Shown: positions 30,053 to 40,725 of the stretch, piece after piece
Layout of the letters: each line of letters starts with the position of its first letter
Position numbering within the stretch: the first letter of the stretch is position 1
DNA from: Bacillota bacterium
GTDB lineage: Bacteria; Bacillota_I; Bacilli_A; ML615J-28; CAG-313
NCBI GenBank assembly: GCA_963648435.1
Contig: CAVJDT010000001.1
Coordinates: forward strand, 28,524-92,523
DNA length: 64,000 bases
Direction of reading: 5' to 3'
Translations under genes and position numbers: made by a program
The notes under the pieces: generated by a model
Told to the model about the DNA's origin: nothing
Seen by the model: only the letters and a program-made list of their open reading frames with translations
The model's database searches: none

Positions 30053-31431
30053 TGCCTAAAGAATATAAGACAATTAGGGAAGTTGTTGGACCTTTAATGT
30101 TAGTTGATCATGTTGAAGGGGTTAAATACGATGAGCTTGTTCAAATAAGACAAGCAAATGGTGAAATACGTTATGGTAAAGTTCTAGAAATTAATGAAGA
30201 TAAAGCCTTAGTTCAATTATATAGTAGTGCACAAGGCTTAAAAATTAGTACAGCTAAAGCGATGTTTTTAGGTCATGGTATTGAACTAAAAGTTTCACCC
30301 GATATCGTAGGCCGAGTATTTGACGGTATGGGTCGCCCTATTGATGGTGGTGATGAATTAATTCCCACTGCCTCATTAGATATTAATGGTACACCACTAA
30401 ACCCTGTAGCTCGTGATTACCCATCTGAGTTTATTCAAACGGGTATTAGTGCTATTGATGGATTAAATACCCTTGTTCGTGGTCAAAAACTTCCAATTTT
30501 TTCTGGGTCTGGTTTACCGCACTCAAAACTTGCTGTTCAAATTGCAAGACAAGCACGTGTAAAAGGAACTGATGATGACTTTGCGGTTGTGTTTGCGGCC
30601 GTAGGTATTACCTTTGAAGAAGCTAATTTCTTTATTGAAGATTTTAAAGCATCAGGTGCTATAGAAAGATCAGTATTATTTATGAATCTTGCTAATGACC
30701 CAGCTATTGAAAGAATTGCAACTCCGCGTATGGCCATAACTTGTGCTGAGTATTTGGCCTATGAACTTGGAATGCACGTTCTTGTAATTATTACTGATAT
30801 TACCAATTATGCCGAAGCCTTACGTGAAGTATCTGCGGCACGTAAAGAAGTACCAGGTAGACGTGGTTACCCAGGTTATATGTATACTGACCTTGCCTCT
30901 TTATATGAAAGAGCAGGTAGAATTCATGGTAAAAAAGGTTCAATTACGCAGATTCCCATTCTTACAATGCCAGAAGATGACAAAACTCATCCAATTCCGG
31001 ACTTAACAGGTTATATTACGGAAGGTCAAATTATTTTATCTAGAGACTTATATCGTAAAGGCATAGTTCCACCAATTGATGTTTTACCTTCACTTAGTAG
31101 ATTAAAAGATAAAGGCATTGGTAATGGTAAAACTAGAGAAGATCATTCGCAAACAATGAACCAATTATTCTCAGCTTATGCAAGAGGTAAAGAAGCAAAA
31201 GAATTATCTGTTATTTTAGGTGATGCGGCTTTATCAGATGTTGATAAACTATATGCAAAATTTGCTGATGAATTTGAAAAAGAATATGTTTCCCAAGGTA
31301 ATTCGACAAACCGTTCAATTGAAGAAACTTTAGACCTTGGTTGGAAACTATTAAAGATTTTGCCAAAAACAGAACTTAAACGTATTAGTCTTGAATACAT
31401 TGATAAATACTTACCAAAAGATGAGGAATAG
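30052..31431 (+). CDS. ntpB: V-type ATPase subunit B
   Basis: 459 aa, degenerate P-loop, start overlaps the ntpA stop. Confidence 0.9.
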   Translation: MPKEYKTIREVVGPLMLVDHVEGVKYDELVQIRQANGEIRYGKVLEINEDKALVQLYSSAQGLKISTAKAMFLGHGIELKVSPDIVGRVFDGMGRPIDGGDELIPTASLDINGTPLNPVARDYPSEFIQTGISAIDGLNTLVRGQKLPIFSGSGLPHSKLAVQIARQARVKGTDDDFAVVFAAVGITFEEANFFIEDFKASGAIERSVLFMNLANDPAIERIATPRMAITCAEYLAYELGMHVLVIITDITNYAEALREVSAARKEVPGRRGYPGYMYTDLASLYERAGRIHGKKGSITQIPILTMPEDDKTHPIPDLTGYITEGQIILSRDLYRKGIVPPIDVLPSLSRLKDKGIGNGKTREDHSQTMNQLFSAYARGKEAKELSVILGDAALSDVDKLYAKFADEFEKEYVSQGNSTNRSIEETLDLGWKLLKILPKTELKRISLEYIDKYLPKDEE

Positions 31432-31434
31432 CCT

Positions 31435-32070
31435 ATGGCACAGACGACAATAAATCCAACAAGAATGGAATTAATGCGTCTTAAAAAAGAACTTTCCACC
31501 GCAACCAGAGGTCATAAATTACTAAAAGATAAACAAGATGAAATGGTTAGACAATTTATGAATTTAATTAAACAAAACCGTGAATTAAGAGAAACTGTTG
31601 AATCAGAACTTGCTCTTATCGCGAGTACTTTTGGCTCAGCTCGCCTTAAAATGAGTTTTGCTGGATTAATGGAAGCTTTCCTTGTCCCTTCTCAAAACAT
31701 AAAACTTGATATTTCTGATAAAACAATAATGAACATTAAAGTTCCAAGTCTAAAAGTCGAATCATCTGATACTACGGACATAACATATAGTTTTGCCTTT
31801 ACACCTTGTGAACTTGATGAATCTGTTTTAAGACTTTCTACTTTAGTTGGTAAAATGGTTAAACTTGCAGAAATTGAAAAAAGTTGTGATATGCTTGCGG
31901 TTGAAATTGAAAAAACGAGAAGACGTGTTAACGCTATTGAATATGTGTTAATTCCTAACTTAGAAGAAAATATTCATTTTATTACTATGAAGTTAGAAGA
32001 TAATGAAAGAAGTAATATTATTCGTCTAATGAAGAGTAAAGAAATAATACTAAAAAAGCAATTAAACTAA
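31435..32070 (+). CDS. ntpD: V-type ATPase subunit D
   Basis: 211 aa coiled-coil, last gene of the operon. Confidence 0.8.
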   Translation: MAQTTINPTRMELMRLKKELSTATRGHKLLKDKQDEMVRQFMNLIKQNRELRETVESELALIASTFGSARLKMSFAGLMEAFLVPSQNIKLDISDKTIMNIKVPSLKVESSDTTDITYSFAFTPCELDESVLRLSTLVGKMVKLAEIEKSCDMLAVEIEKTRRRVNAIEYVLIPNLEENIHFITMKLEDNERSNIIRLMKSKEIILKKQLN

Positions 32071-32076
32071 AATAAC

Positions 32077-32116
32077 AAAAAAGCGCTAATAGAGAAGTTT
32101 TATTAACGCTTTTTAT
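32077..32116 (+). terminator. Possible terminator after ntpD
   Basis: aaaaagcg..cgcttttt with a long loop; weak. Confidence 0.35.
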
Positions 32117-32513
32117 TAATTATAAATATTGATCACTTGAGCTCCCCAAAAAATATATTTAATTATAATTTACATAAAGGGAAGACTTAATTAAAAATGA
32201 GAGTATTATATGAAGCAAATTATTGATAAAACGATAGATAAATACATGCAAGTAGTGCTTTATCATTATAAAAATAATAATATAGATGCAATATCTATGG
32301 TTTATTCTTTGCTACATACATTCAAATAGATTGATTATCTATAATTACTGTTTTAAAGAATTAATGCTTTGAATTTTAGACAAATTGCTTAAAATGTATA
32401 ATAATATGACAATTTAATTATTTTGTAGTTACAAAATGGCTAGACACAAAAACTAAAATTTGATATAATATTGGTGTAATATATGACTATTCATGAAAGG
32501 AGTATGAAATATT

Positions 32514-35500
32514 ATGAAACAGATTAGAATATTAAGCATTTTCTTACTTGCTATTTTGCTATCATTTGTTTTTACTGGCTGTAAAGAAACAAGTAAATAT
32601 GATATTAAAGAAGTAAAAAATGCTAAAAATGTGGTTATTAATAAAAAAGAACTAAAAGTTAGTTTTGATGTAGATAATATAGTTAGTGAATTTAATCAAA
32701 CTAATATTGTTATAACTAATGCTAAAGCACTAGTTTATACTGATAAAGATTGTTCTAAAGAAGCTGAAGTACCTTTAAAACTTGAAGAAGGAAATAATAA
32801 ATTTTATTTTAAAGTAATTTTAGATAAGGATAATAAACTATTAAAGAAAACGATATGGGAATTAAACATTAATAGATTAGAAAAAATTGAAGGTACTGAA
32901 TATGAATTATATTCATTTGAAAATCGTTATAATGTTGGTGATACCTTTAAAGGTGGAAGAATTAAAAAGACCATAAATGGTAATGAAAAATACATTGAAA
33001 TTACTGAAGATATGGTAACAGGATTTACAACTACTAAAGAAGGTAAATATCAAGTAACAATTAACTATGAAGGTCAAACTTTCAGTGTTGAAATTACCGT
33101 TTATGAAAAATACCAATTGCTGATTCCTGATTATTCAGAAATTATCCCTAGTGAATTAAATGTAGATGATATTTATCATGATTTAGCTGTTATGATTGCA
33201 AAAATTAAGTATGGTAATGAAAACTTAGAAGAATTAGTACAAGAAGTACTAGATGATAGTGATTTAGAACATTATTGTTTTATTTTAAGTAGAGCCTTTA
33301 AAGAAGCAGGCTTTACAAAAACACAACTTGAATGCTTGATTAATCATATTTTACAATGTTTTGAAGGTTATGATTCTAATAATTCTAACTTTATTGATGC
33401 AATTATTGATATGTTAACAAGAGTCATAAGCGTTTTTGATAATGTTGATTCCATCATTTCTGAAGAACAAATTGGTCAAATTGTATTTACTTTGTATAAA
33501 AACTATAAACAAGGCTATTTAAGACATCAAGCTATTATTGATGCCTTAAAAGAAGATCCTAAGTATGAAGCCTTGATAAAGACAGTTCAAGATACAGATC
33601 AATTATTGTTATGTCGTAATGAAGTTATGTATATTGGAATTGTGGGATATCAAGAATTAAGAGAAATCAGTAAAGTTATTAAAAATGATATGGATATAGT
33701 TTCTAGGGTTATTGAAGTACTTAACGATTATATGGAAAATAATACCATTGAAATCAATGAAGAATTTATAACTAACCTAAATAAAGTTGGTGAAATCATT
33801 GATGGATTATTTCAAAAAATTGGTCCCAATACTTTAAATACTTGTTTAGTAATTTTAACTACAATGTTAGGTAAACAATTTAATGATGTTAAGGAATATT
33901 TGGAAGATTTAAATACAATTGAAATAATTAAAAACCTTGACCCTATGGTTAAAATTATAATCAATTATTTAAAAAATATTAAGCTTCAAAATAAAGAAGA
34001 AATTGAAGAAACGTTAAATGCAATAATGCATATTACTAATTTTGATAATATTACTCTTGACTTTGAAACTAAAAAAGAATTGGGACAAAGTTTGGTTGTT
34101 GTATCTAAAATTCTTACATCTAAAATTAATGAACTATCACCAACTGAAAAGTTCCAATTAAATACTTTACTTAATATTTTTTGTGAAAAAGATGGTAATA
34201 ACATTTCCTCTACGAAGGTTTTTTCTTTAATTTCGAAACTTGCAAATGTTGATTTAAATAAAGCTACGACAGAAGAGTTAGTTTCCTATGTGGATGAACT
34301 TCAAAGTATTATGAAACCGGCTCAAAAACTTGGATATAGTTTAAATAGTCAAATAATAGTTAAACAAAATACCACAAAAGAAGAATTTGTTAATTTATTT
34401 AAAGATGAAATTAAACTTTATAAGTATACTTTAAATGAAAATAATGAATATGAAACAGAAAATGTTGAATTATCAGTTAATTTACTTACCATTTTTGATA
34501 CAACTAGGGTGGGTGCTAAATTGTTTGAAGTTACTATTGATAATATGACTTTGGATATTGCTTATTTTGTGGAAGGACTAGAACATGAATATGTGATGTC
34601 ACCTAATAGTATTGTGGTTTTTACTGATTTATTAGTTTATGACCTTAACAATAATGTTTATCCAAACAAATGGTTTGAACTATCCGGTTATCCAGTAATA
34701 ATTGTTGATAAACTTACCGGTTATGCATGTTCTGTAAAAATAGATTCCACTAAAGTAAAAATTGAAAATCCTGACACTTCAACAATTGGTAAAAAACAAG
34801 GAATTTTAACGATAGATTTAGATGAATATGGTGTTTACTATTTACCTATTGAATACTATGTAATTAATTTAGAAAATCCAGTAATTACTAAATATAATGT
34901 AGAACTAGATGATAAAATATATGTTGGTAAAAATAGTGTAGTTTCTGGCAATGTTATGGCTGAATATAATTACAAAATTAAAGTAGAAGCCCTAGAAGAA
35001 ACGAAAAAATTAGTTTGGCAATACGATAACCCACAGTTCATATCATTTGATGAAACAAATGTTACTGGTCTTGATAAAAATAAAGAAGGAACCCAAAAAG
35101 TTACAATTAATGTTAATGGTCAAAGTTTTGAGGCAGAAATTTATGTGCATCCTTTAAGTGATATGAAAAAAATCAAAAGTGTTTCTTTTTCAATGATGTA
35201 TAATTATGTGGAAAACAAAGATTATAAAGAACAAGCTAACATAACTATTGTATGTGAGGCTAAAGAATATAGTTTTTATGATGTAATTTATCAAGAAGCT
35301 TTAAAAGTAATTAAAGCATATAAACTTCCTTTTGAAATAACCCTTGAACCAATTGAAGAAGTTAAATTAGGTACTACTACTTTTAAACTTACTGTTCATG
35401 ATACCATTAATGATGAAGTATTTACCTTTGAAAATACTGTAAATATTATTGATAAAGATGAATTTCTACCGTTAAAAAGTTTACAGATTACCCTTGGTGA

Positions 35501-36272
35501 AAGTATTTTACTTATCACAACAGAAACGGATGATGATATTTTAAAATTAATTAAGGAAGTTAGTTTTTATGGCAAATATTATTCTGGCACTTTATTTAAT
35601 GATGATGCCTACAAATGGGCTCAAAAAAATATTGAAGTAATTAGAAATGTTTCACAAGGTACGATTACATTTAGAGCGCATGGAGCAGAACAACGATTTT
35701 GGCATAATATTTATTTTGGTTTAAGTGCTAATGAGGCAACAATTAATTTTGTTAAAAATGATAATACTCTTCCTGAATTTGTGACAAACTTTAGTGATGA
35801 AGACTTATTCAATGGTATTGTGAGAAATATTACCTTTAGCAATAATATTGTCATTGATTCTAGTTCAATGAACTTGTATCAAAAATATAAAAGTTATATT
35901 GATATTGTTAGAGAAGAAGAAAAAATTAAACTTTATATTGATGGTGAAAAAATTAAGGAATTTACTATCATTAAGAGTGCAAATTACACTGTTAAGTTTG
36001 ATTACTCCTTTATTGATAATGCTAGTTTAAATATTAATGATTTAAATGGTACCATTATTAGTCAGTTATCAGAAGTTAATTTTCAAGCTGAAACAAGTAC
36101 ATCAGTAATTAATCTTTATATTCGTGATAAAGCCCTTACAGAAAGTATTTTAAATTATATAACCTTTGGGCATCTACCAACCCAAGCTGGGGAATATGAA
36201 TTACAAATTAACTTTAATGGGGCATCCGCATCCAAACTTGTAACATGGTATTTAGATGAAATAATAGAATAA
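32514..36272 (+). CDS. Large surface lipoprotein (1252 aa), hypothetical
   Basis: Lipobox FVFTGC after an N-terminal signal peptide. It has repeated beta-rich segments (TINYEGQTF / TINVNGQSF) and no catalytic motif recognised. Confidence 0.6.
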   Translation: MKQIRILSIFLLAILLSFVFTGCKETSKYDIKEVKNAKNVVINKKELKVSFDVDNIVSEFNQTNIVITNAKALVYTDKDCSKEAEVPLKLEEGNNKFYFKVILDKDNKLLKKTIWELNINRLEKIEGTEYELYSFENRYNVGDTFKGGRIKKTINGNEKYIEITEDMVTGFTTTKEGKYQVTINYEGQTFSVEITVYEKYQLLIPDYSEIIPSELNVDDIYHDLAVMIAKIKYGNENLEELVQEVLDDSDLEHYCFILSRAFKEAGFTKTQLECLINHILQCFEGYDSNNSNFIDAIIDMLTRVISVFDNVDSIISEEQIGQIVFTLYKNYKQGYLRHQAIIDALKEDPKYEALIKTVQDTDQLLLCRNEVMYIGIVGYQELREISKVIKNDMDIVSRVIEVLNDYMENNTIEINEEFITNLNKVGEIIDGLFQKIGPNTLNTCLVILTTMLGKQFNDVKEYLEDLNTIEIIKNLDPMVKIIINYLKNIKLQNKEEIEETLNAIMHITNFDNITLDFETKKELGQSLVVVSKILTSKINELSPTEKFQLNTLLNIFCEKDGNNISSTKVFSLISKLANVDLNKATTEELVSYVDELQSIMKPAQKLGYSLNSQIIVKQNTTKEEFVNLFKDEIKLYKYTLNENNEYETENVELSVNLLTIFDTTRVGAKLFEVTIDNMTLDIAYFVEGLEHEYVMSPNSIVVFTDLLVYDLNNNVYPNKWFELSGYPVIIVDKLTGYACSVKIDSTKVKIENPDTSTIGKKQGILTIDLDEYGVYYLPIEYYVINLENPVITKYNVELDDKIYVGKNSVVSGNVMAEYNYKIKVEALEETKKLVWQYDNPQFISFDETNVTGLDKNKEGTQKVTINVNGQSFEAEIYVHPLSDMKKIKSVSFSMMYNYVENKDYKEQANITIVCEAKEYSFYDVIYQEALKVIKAYKLPFEITLEPIEEVKLGTTTFKLTVHDTINDEVFTFENTVNIIDKDEFLPLKSLQITLGESILLITTETDDDILKLIKEVSFYGKYYSGTLFNDDAYKWAQKNIEVIRNVSQGTITFRAHGAEQRFWHNIYFGLSANEATINFVKNDNTLPEFVTNFSDEDLFNGIVRNITFSNNIVIDSSSMNLYQKYKSYIDIVREEEKIKLYIDGEKIKEFTIIKSANYTVKFDYSFIDNASLNINDLNGTIISQLSEVNFQAETSTSVINLYIRDKALTESILNYITFGHLPTQAGEYELQINFNGASASKLVTWYLDEIIE

Positions 36273-36323
36273 TAAAAAATAGTTTATACTTATTATAAGT
36301 GTATTTAAACTTTTGATATTATG

Positions 36324-36370
36324 TAAAAAAGAGTTGAAACCTAATTTATAGGTCAACAACTCTTTTTTCT
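36324..36370. terminator. Bidirectional intrinsic terminator between the convergent lipoprotein and pepT genes
   Basis: aaaaaagagttg...caactctttttt, with A-run and T-run on the two sides. Confidence 0.65.
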
Positions 36371-37605
36371 TCAGTTATAATCTTTAAGATTTCCAAAACA
36401 ACTTTAACCATTTTTTCCATATCATTAACACTAACATATTCATATTTACCATGATAGTTTTCACCACCTGTACCAAGGTTAGGAGTAAGAATTCCTTTAA
36501 AGCTTAGTCTAGCACCATCAGTTCCCCCTCTAATTGGTTCAATTAAAGGTTCAATGTTATTGCGTTTTAATCCTTTGATGGCATATTCAATTACTTCTGG
36601 ATGTTTTAAGACAACTTCTTTCATATTATAGTAACTATCCTTGATATTGCAAGTTACGGTATTTTGACCATATTTTTTATTCATAAATTCTGCAATTGAT
36701 TTAAATAAAGCAATTTGTTCTCTAAATTTATCCATGTCATGATTTCTAATAATATAATGTAACTTAGTTTCTTCAGTAGAACCTTCAATATTATTTAAAT
36801 GATTAAAGCCTTCATAGTTTTCAGTTGTGGTAGGTACCATATAGGCTGGTAACATTTCATGAAACTCCATTGCAAGATGAATGCTATTGACCATTTTACC
36901 TTTAGCACTACCAGGGTGAATGGCTTTACCTTTAATGATGATAGTTGCGCTTGCGGCATTAAAGTTTTCAAAACTTAAAGTGTTGATATCTCCACCATCT
37001 AGGGTGTAAGCCATTTGACAATTATGTTTTTGATAATAATCAAAATTAAAACTATTAGTGCCCATTCCTACTTCTTCATCAGGAGTAAATGTAATTATGA
37101 CATTAGGATGAGGAAAAGAAGTAGTAGTTAAGATTTTAACAACTTCCATTATGATTGCAATACCAGCTTTATCATCAGCCCCAAGTAAAGTTGTTCCATC
37201 TGTAGTTACAAGGGTATGATGAAGTTTTTTACTTAAAAAAGGAAATTCAGTTGGTGAAAGAATAATATTTAATTCTTTGTTTAAAATAATATCTTTGCCA
37301 TCATAATCTAAAATTACTTGAGGTTTAACGTCTTTACCGGTTAGTTCGGTTGCGGTATCCATATGAGCGATTAAACCAATTGTTTTAGTTGAATCAGTGT
37401 TACTAGGAATGAACCCATAAACATAGCAAGTATCATCAATAAAGGCATTTGCAACTCCTTGTTCATGTAGTTTTTCGACAAGCAAATTACCTAAATTAAA
37501 TTGTTTTTTGCTAGTGGGATTAACACTTACATTTTCATCAGATTGAGTATCAATCTTAACGTATGTTAAAAAGTTTTCTAAAATAGACATAATTGTATCC
37601 TCCAA
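36346..37605 (-). CDS. pepT: Peptidase T (M20 family tripeptide aminopeptidase)
   Basis: 419 aa with the PepT-like N-terminus (FLTYVKIDTQSDEN), HMDTA, GADDKAG and an M20 dimerisation region. Confidence 0.8.
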   Translation of the reverse strand: MEDTIMSILENFLTYVKIDTQSDENVSVNPTSKKQFNLGNLLVEKLHEQGVANAFIDDTCYVYGFIPSNTDSTKTIGLIAHMDTATELTGKDVKPQVILDYDGKDIILNKELNIILSPTEFPFLSKKLHHTLVTTDGTTLLGADDKAGIAIIMEVVKILTTTSFPHPNVIITFTPDEEVGMGTNSFNFDYYQKHNCQMAYTLDGGDINTLSFENFNAASATIIIKGKAIHPGSAKGKMVNSIHLAMEFHEMLPAYMVPTTTENYEGFNHLNNIEGSTEETKLHYIIRNHDMDKFREQIALFKSIAEFMNKKYGQNTVTCNIKDSYYNMKEVVLKHPEVIEYAIKGLKRNNIEPLIEPIRGGTDGARLSFKGILTPNLGTGGENYHGKYEYVSVNDMEKMVKVVLEILKIITEEKRVVDL

Positions 37606-37644
37606 TCTTTATTATACCATTATTAAAACTTTAATGCAATATTA

Positions 37645-37712
37645 TTGACATTTATACCTAAAACTAATATAATTAATAGTGTTAATAGTTAACGGTATTA
37701 ACAAAAGTGAGG
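37645..37712 (+). promoter_or_regulatory. Consensus promoter (TTGACA-17-TATAAT) plus 24-bp palindromic operator TGTTAATAgttaacggTATTAACA upstream of the MarR gene
   Basis: Read directly. The palindrome lies between the -10 and the RBS. Confidence 0.7.
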
Positions 37713-37716
37713 GCAT

Positions 37717-38160
37717 ATGAATAGTAAAAAAGCAATGTTAAAAGAAAAGATAATAGAGTTATATCACATTATTTCAAATACGAAAATCGATGAGTTTCTA
37801 GTCGGTGAGTGTGCAGTTTTACTTTATTTATATCATACTGATGGTGAATATCCATCAAAACTAAGTACTTTTCTAGATGTTTCAAGAGCTCGTATAACAA
37901 GTGTTATTAATACTTTAAAAAATAAAGGATATGTAGAAATTAAAAATGAAGAGAAAGACCGCCGAAAAGTAAAAGTTTTTATTACTAATGAAGGTAAAGA
38001 ATATTTAGAATATAAACGCAAAATGTTTGATAAAATATTTGATGATTTGTTTTTTGAAATAGATGATGAAAGAATTGATAATGCAATGCATAGCATCAAC
38101 TATTTGGCAGAATTATTTGGAAATATGGAGGATGTAATTAATGATGATGAACAAAATTAA
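37717..38160 (+). CDS. MarR family transcriptional regulator
   Basis: 147-aa winged-helix protein (SRARITSVINTLKNKGYVEI). Confidence 0.7.
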   Translation: MNSKKAMLKEKIIELYHIISNTKIDEFLVGECAVLLYLYHTDGEYPSKLSTFLDVSRARITSVINTLKNKGYVEIKNEEKDRRKVKVFITNEGKEYLEYKRKMFDKIFDDLFFEIDDERIDNAMHSINYLAELFGNMEDVINDDEQN

Positions 38161-39031
38161 GGTTGTTAGTGATGGCTCATGTGATTTAAGTAGGGAAGAA
38201 GTTGAAAAATTAGATGTGGAAATAGTTCCATTTTATGTATCTTTTGATGAAGGAATATATCAAAAAGAAGGTGTGGAACTTGATGTTAGAGATTTTTACC
38301 AAAAAATGGTCGATCATCCTAATGTTTATCCTAAAACATCACTTCCAACTATTGATGATTATGTTAAGGCTTTTGAAAAGTATTTAGATGAGGGAATGGA
38401 TATTATCTGCATTTGCATAACCACTAAATTTAGTGGTTCCTATAATTCTGCTCTTTCTGCTAAACAGTTATGTCTTGAAAAATACAAAGATGCGAAAATT
38501 GAAGTAATTGATGCAATGGTAAATACATGCTTACAAGGTTTACTTGTTAAAGAAGTGTGTCGGATGCGTGACAATGGCTTAAATTTAGAAAAAATGACTA
38601 AAGAAACTAATCGTATTAAAACAACGGCTCGTATCTTTTTTACTGTAGGTAGTCTTGATTATTTGCGACATGGCGGTAGAATTGGGAAACTTTTAGGCAT
38701 TGTAGGTGCAACATTAAGAATTAAACCAATCATTGTCTTAAAAGAAGGGGAAATCTTTAGTTGTGGTCTTTCACTATCACGAAAAAAGTCAATAATAAAA
38801 TTACTTGATTTAACTAAAAAACATTTTATCGAAACCGGCGAAAACATCGATGATTATCGTTTTTTGGTTGGGGCAGGTTATGACTTAGAAGAACTTCAAA
38901 ACTTCTTAAATAAGGTTACTATAGCCTTAAATCGCGATGATATCGAGACAGGACAAATTGGAGCAACAATTGGGGTGCATACGGGTCCATATCCAATAGG
39001 TATTGGTTTTATCAAAAAATATGATTGTTAA
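38141..39031 (+). CDS. DegV family fatty-acid-binding protein
   Basis: N-terminal KIKVVSDGSCDLS, GGRIGKLLGI and a length of 296 aa, typical of DegV. Confidence 0.8.
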   Translation: MMMNKIKVVSDGSCDLSREEVEKLDVEIVPFYVSFDEGIYQKEGVELDVRDFYQKMVDHPNVYPKTSLPTIDDYVKAFEKYLDEGMDIICICITTKFSGSYNSALSAKQLCLEKYKDAKIEVIDAMVNTCLQGLLVKEVCRMRDNGLNLEKMTKETNRIKTTARIFFTVGSLDYLRHGGRIGKLLGIVGATLRIKPIIVLKEGEIFSCGLSLSRKKSIIKLLDLTKKHFIETGENIDDYRFLVGAGYDLEELQNFLNKVTIALNRDDIETGQIGATIGVHTGPYPIGIGFIKKYDC

Positions 39032-39043
39032 TTAATTAAATAA

Positions 39044-39098
39044 GAAACATATTAGATAAGTAACATTTAATACTTAAAATCTAATATGTTTTTTCTTA
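39044..39098 (+). terminator. Rho-independent terminator
   Basis: aacatattag...ctaatatgtt 10-bp stem followed by T6. Confidence 0.55.
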
Positions 39099-39138
39099 AT
39101 AAAGGTAACTAAAAAGTGCATAAATTGAAATATTTTGT

Positions 39139-39167
39139 TTGACAATTCGCATGGAAAGGTCTATAAT
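39139..39167 (+). promoter_or_regulatory. Perfect consensus sigma70 promoter (TTGACA-17-TATAAT) of the cat pseudogene
   Basis: ttgacaattcgcatggaaaggtctataat. Confidence 0.75.
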
Positions 39168-39194
39168 AGTTAAGAATTACTAAAGGAGCATATT

Positions 39195-39859
39195 ATGAAC
39201 TATAAAATTATAAACCTAGAAGAATACTACCGTAAAGGAGTATTTAACCATTTCTCAAAAGATGCCAAATGCTCAATATCAATGACTTCAAGAATTAATG
39301 TGACAGAACTTTATAAAGCATCAAAAGAATCATAAACAAAATTTTATTTAAACTTTTTGTATGTTTTATCTACGGCATTAAATAGAAAAGAAGATTACCG
39401 AATGATGTACAACTGGAAAACAAATGAAATTTATTGTTTTGATGAAATAAACCCAACTCAATATGTATTTCACGATGATACTAAAACCTGTACGCCAGTT
39501 TATACAAAGTATTATAAAGACTATAAGATGTTTTATGAAAATGCTCAAAAAGATATTGATGAAGCTAAAAAACTAGAGAGTACTTATTAGATGAAGCAAG
39601 TCATCCTAACTGGTTTGATGCATCATTTATGCCTTGGGTAAGCTATGACTCATTTAATGTCGAATTACCTGATGGCTACTTGTATTTTCAACCTATTATT
39701 AACTGGGGTAAATACAGATGGGAAAACGATCAATTAATGATGCCAGTAACCGTAAGATTAAATCACGCTATTGGTGATGGCTATTTAGTTAGTCTTGTAT
39801 ATTTGTTAATTGAAGAAGAAATGCAAAAATTAGTCGAAAAATTAAGAGGTGCCAAATGA
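39195..39859 (+). pseudogene. cat: Chloramphenicol O-acetyltransferase (CatA-type) gene broken into three collinear pieces
   Basis: The N-terminus MNYKIINLEEYYRKGVFNHF matches the CAT N-terminus. The middle piece is 39357..39590 and the C-terminal piece 39629..39859 (PWVSYDSF...LNHAIGDGYLV). There is an in-frame TAA near 39333 plus at least one frameshift near 39590-39630. Coordinates are uncertain to about 1 nt. Confidence 0.75.
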
Positions 39860-40545
39860 AAATAGTAACAATAAATGGTCAAAACCATCATGGTAGTAGC
39901 TACCATATTGGTAAAGAAATAGCAAATCAATTAGAAGGTGAGGTAACTGAGTTTTTCCTTCCCAAAGATTTGAATGGTTTTTGTCTAGGATGCTATAGTT
40001 GTTTAAAAGATGAAACAAAGTGTTACATGTATGAAAAAAAGAAAATAATTTGGGATGCAATGGAACAAGCAGATTTAATTATTTTTACTACTCCAAACTA
40101 CTGCATGTATGCATCGGCCCCTATGAAATCATTCTTAGATTTCTCTTTTGATATGTGGATGGTGCATCGCCCTAAAGCATGGATGTTTAAAAAGAAAGTT
40201 GTTATCGTCTCAACATCTGCTGGTGCATCCAATAAAACCGCAATTAACACTATTAAGTCATCAGTCAAAGGCTGGGGTGTTTCTTACATCAAAACAATAG
40301 GTAAAGCAGTTCATGCTAATAAATGGGATATTATACCTGAAAAAGATAAAAAGGTGTTGGATAAAAAAATTAATAAAGTTGTTAAGAACTTAAAAAAGAA
40401 TAAACCTGTAAAAATAAGTTTAAGTACGAAAATCTCATTCAAGTTTTTTGGCTTTCTTCATAAAAAAGATTGGGACAGCGATCCATGTGAAAAAGAATAT
40501 TGGAAAGAAAAAGGTTGGCTAGATAAAAATAGACCTTGGAAATAG
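39856..40545 (+). CDS. Flavodoxin-like fold NAD(P)H-dependent FMN reductase family protein
   Basis: 229 aa. MKIVTINGQNHHGSSY with FCLGCYSCL and IIFTTPNY, typical of iron-sulfur flavoprotein / NADPH-FMN reductase-like proteins. Confidence 0.6.
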   Translation: MKIVTINGQNHHGSSYHIGKEIANQLEGEVTEFFLPKDLNGFCLGCYSCLKDETKCYMYEKKKIIWDAMEQADLIIFTTPNYCMYASAPMKSFLDFSFDMWMVHRPKAWMFKKKVVIVSTSAGASNKTAINTIKSSVKGWGVSYIKTIGKAVHANKWDIIPEKDKKVLDKKINKVVKNLKKNKPVKISLSTKISFKFFGFLHKKDWDSDPCEKEYWKEKGWLDKNRPWK

Positions 40546-40555
40546 AGCCAATTAC

Positions 40556-40725
40556 TTGAAAAATAGATTTATATCAGTATAATAGTATAGTTAGGTAATA
40601 TACAATCATCGGAGGACAGGTGCACCGTAGTGCCGAGATTAGTAATAATCTCCTGTTGGAAAAGATGTCGAGTGAGCTCGGTTAGGATTCTAGCCGGGCC
40701 TTTATTTTGGAAGGAGTGTGTAAGG
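40556..40725 (+). promoter_or_regulatory. Promoter plus structured about 135-nt leader with a 21-codon uORF and an intrinsic terminator upstream of the MATE efflux gene (candidate riboswitch or translation attenuator)
   Basis: TTGAAA-16-TATAAT at 40556-40583. Possible pseudoknot helices tcgg/ccga and gacagg/cctgtt, and a hairpin gatta-gtaa-taatc. uORF GTG 40620 to TAG 40685 (VHRSAEISNNLLLEKMSSELG) after ggagga. Terminator gctcgg-loop-ccgggc plus ctttatttt at 40676-40708. Confidence 0.55.

Noticed and set aside
32207-32326. 39-codon ORF (MKQIIDKTIDKYMQVVLYHYKNNNIDAISMVYSLLHTFK) between ntpD and the large lipoprotein gene
   Set aside because: No convincing RBS and no recognisable motif, in an AT-rich intergenic region where such ORFs arise by chance.
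40600-40675. Guanidine-III (ykkC-III) riboswitch assignment for the MATE leader
   Set aside because: There is only a partial resemblance (GGAC.AGGUGC.CCGUA). The conserved ACGR, the CCGG helix and the 3' pseudoknot partner GGCGC do not align, and the associated gene is not a Gdx/SugE type. Class is left open.
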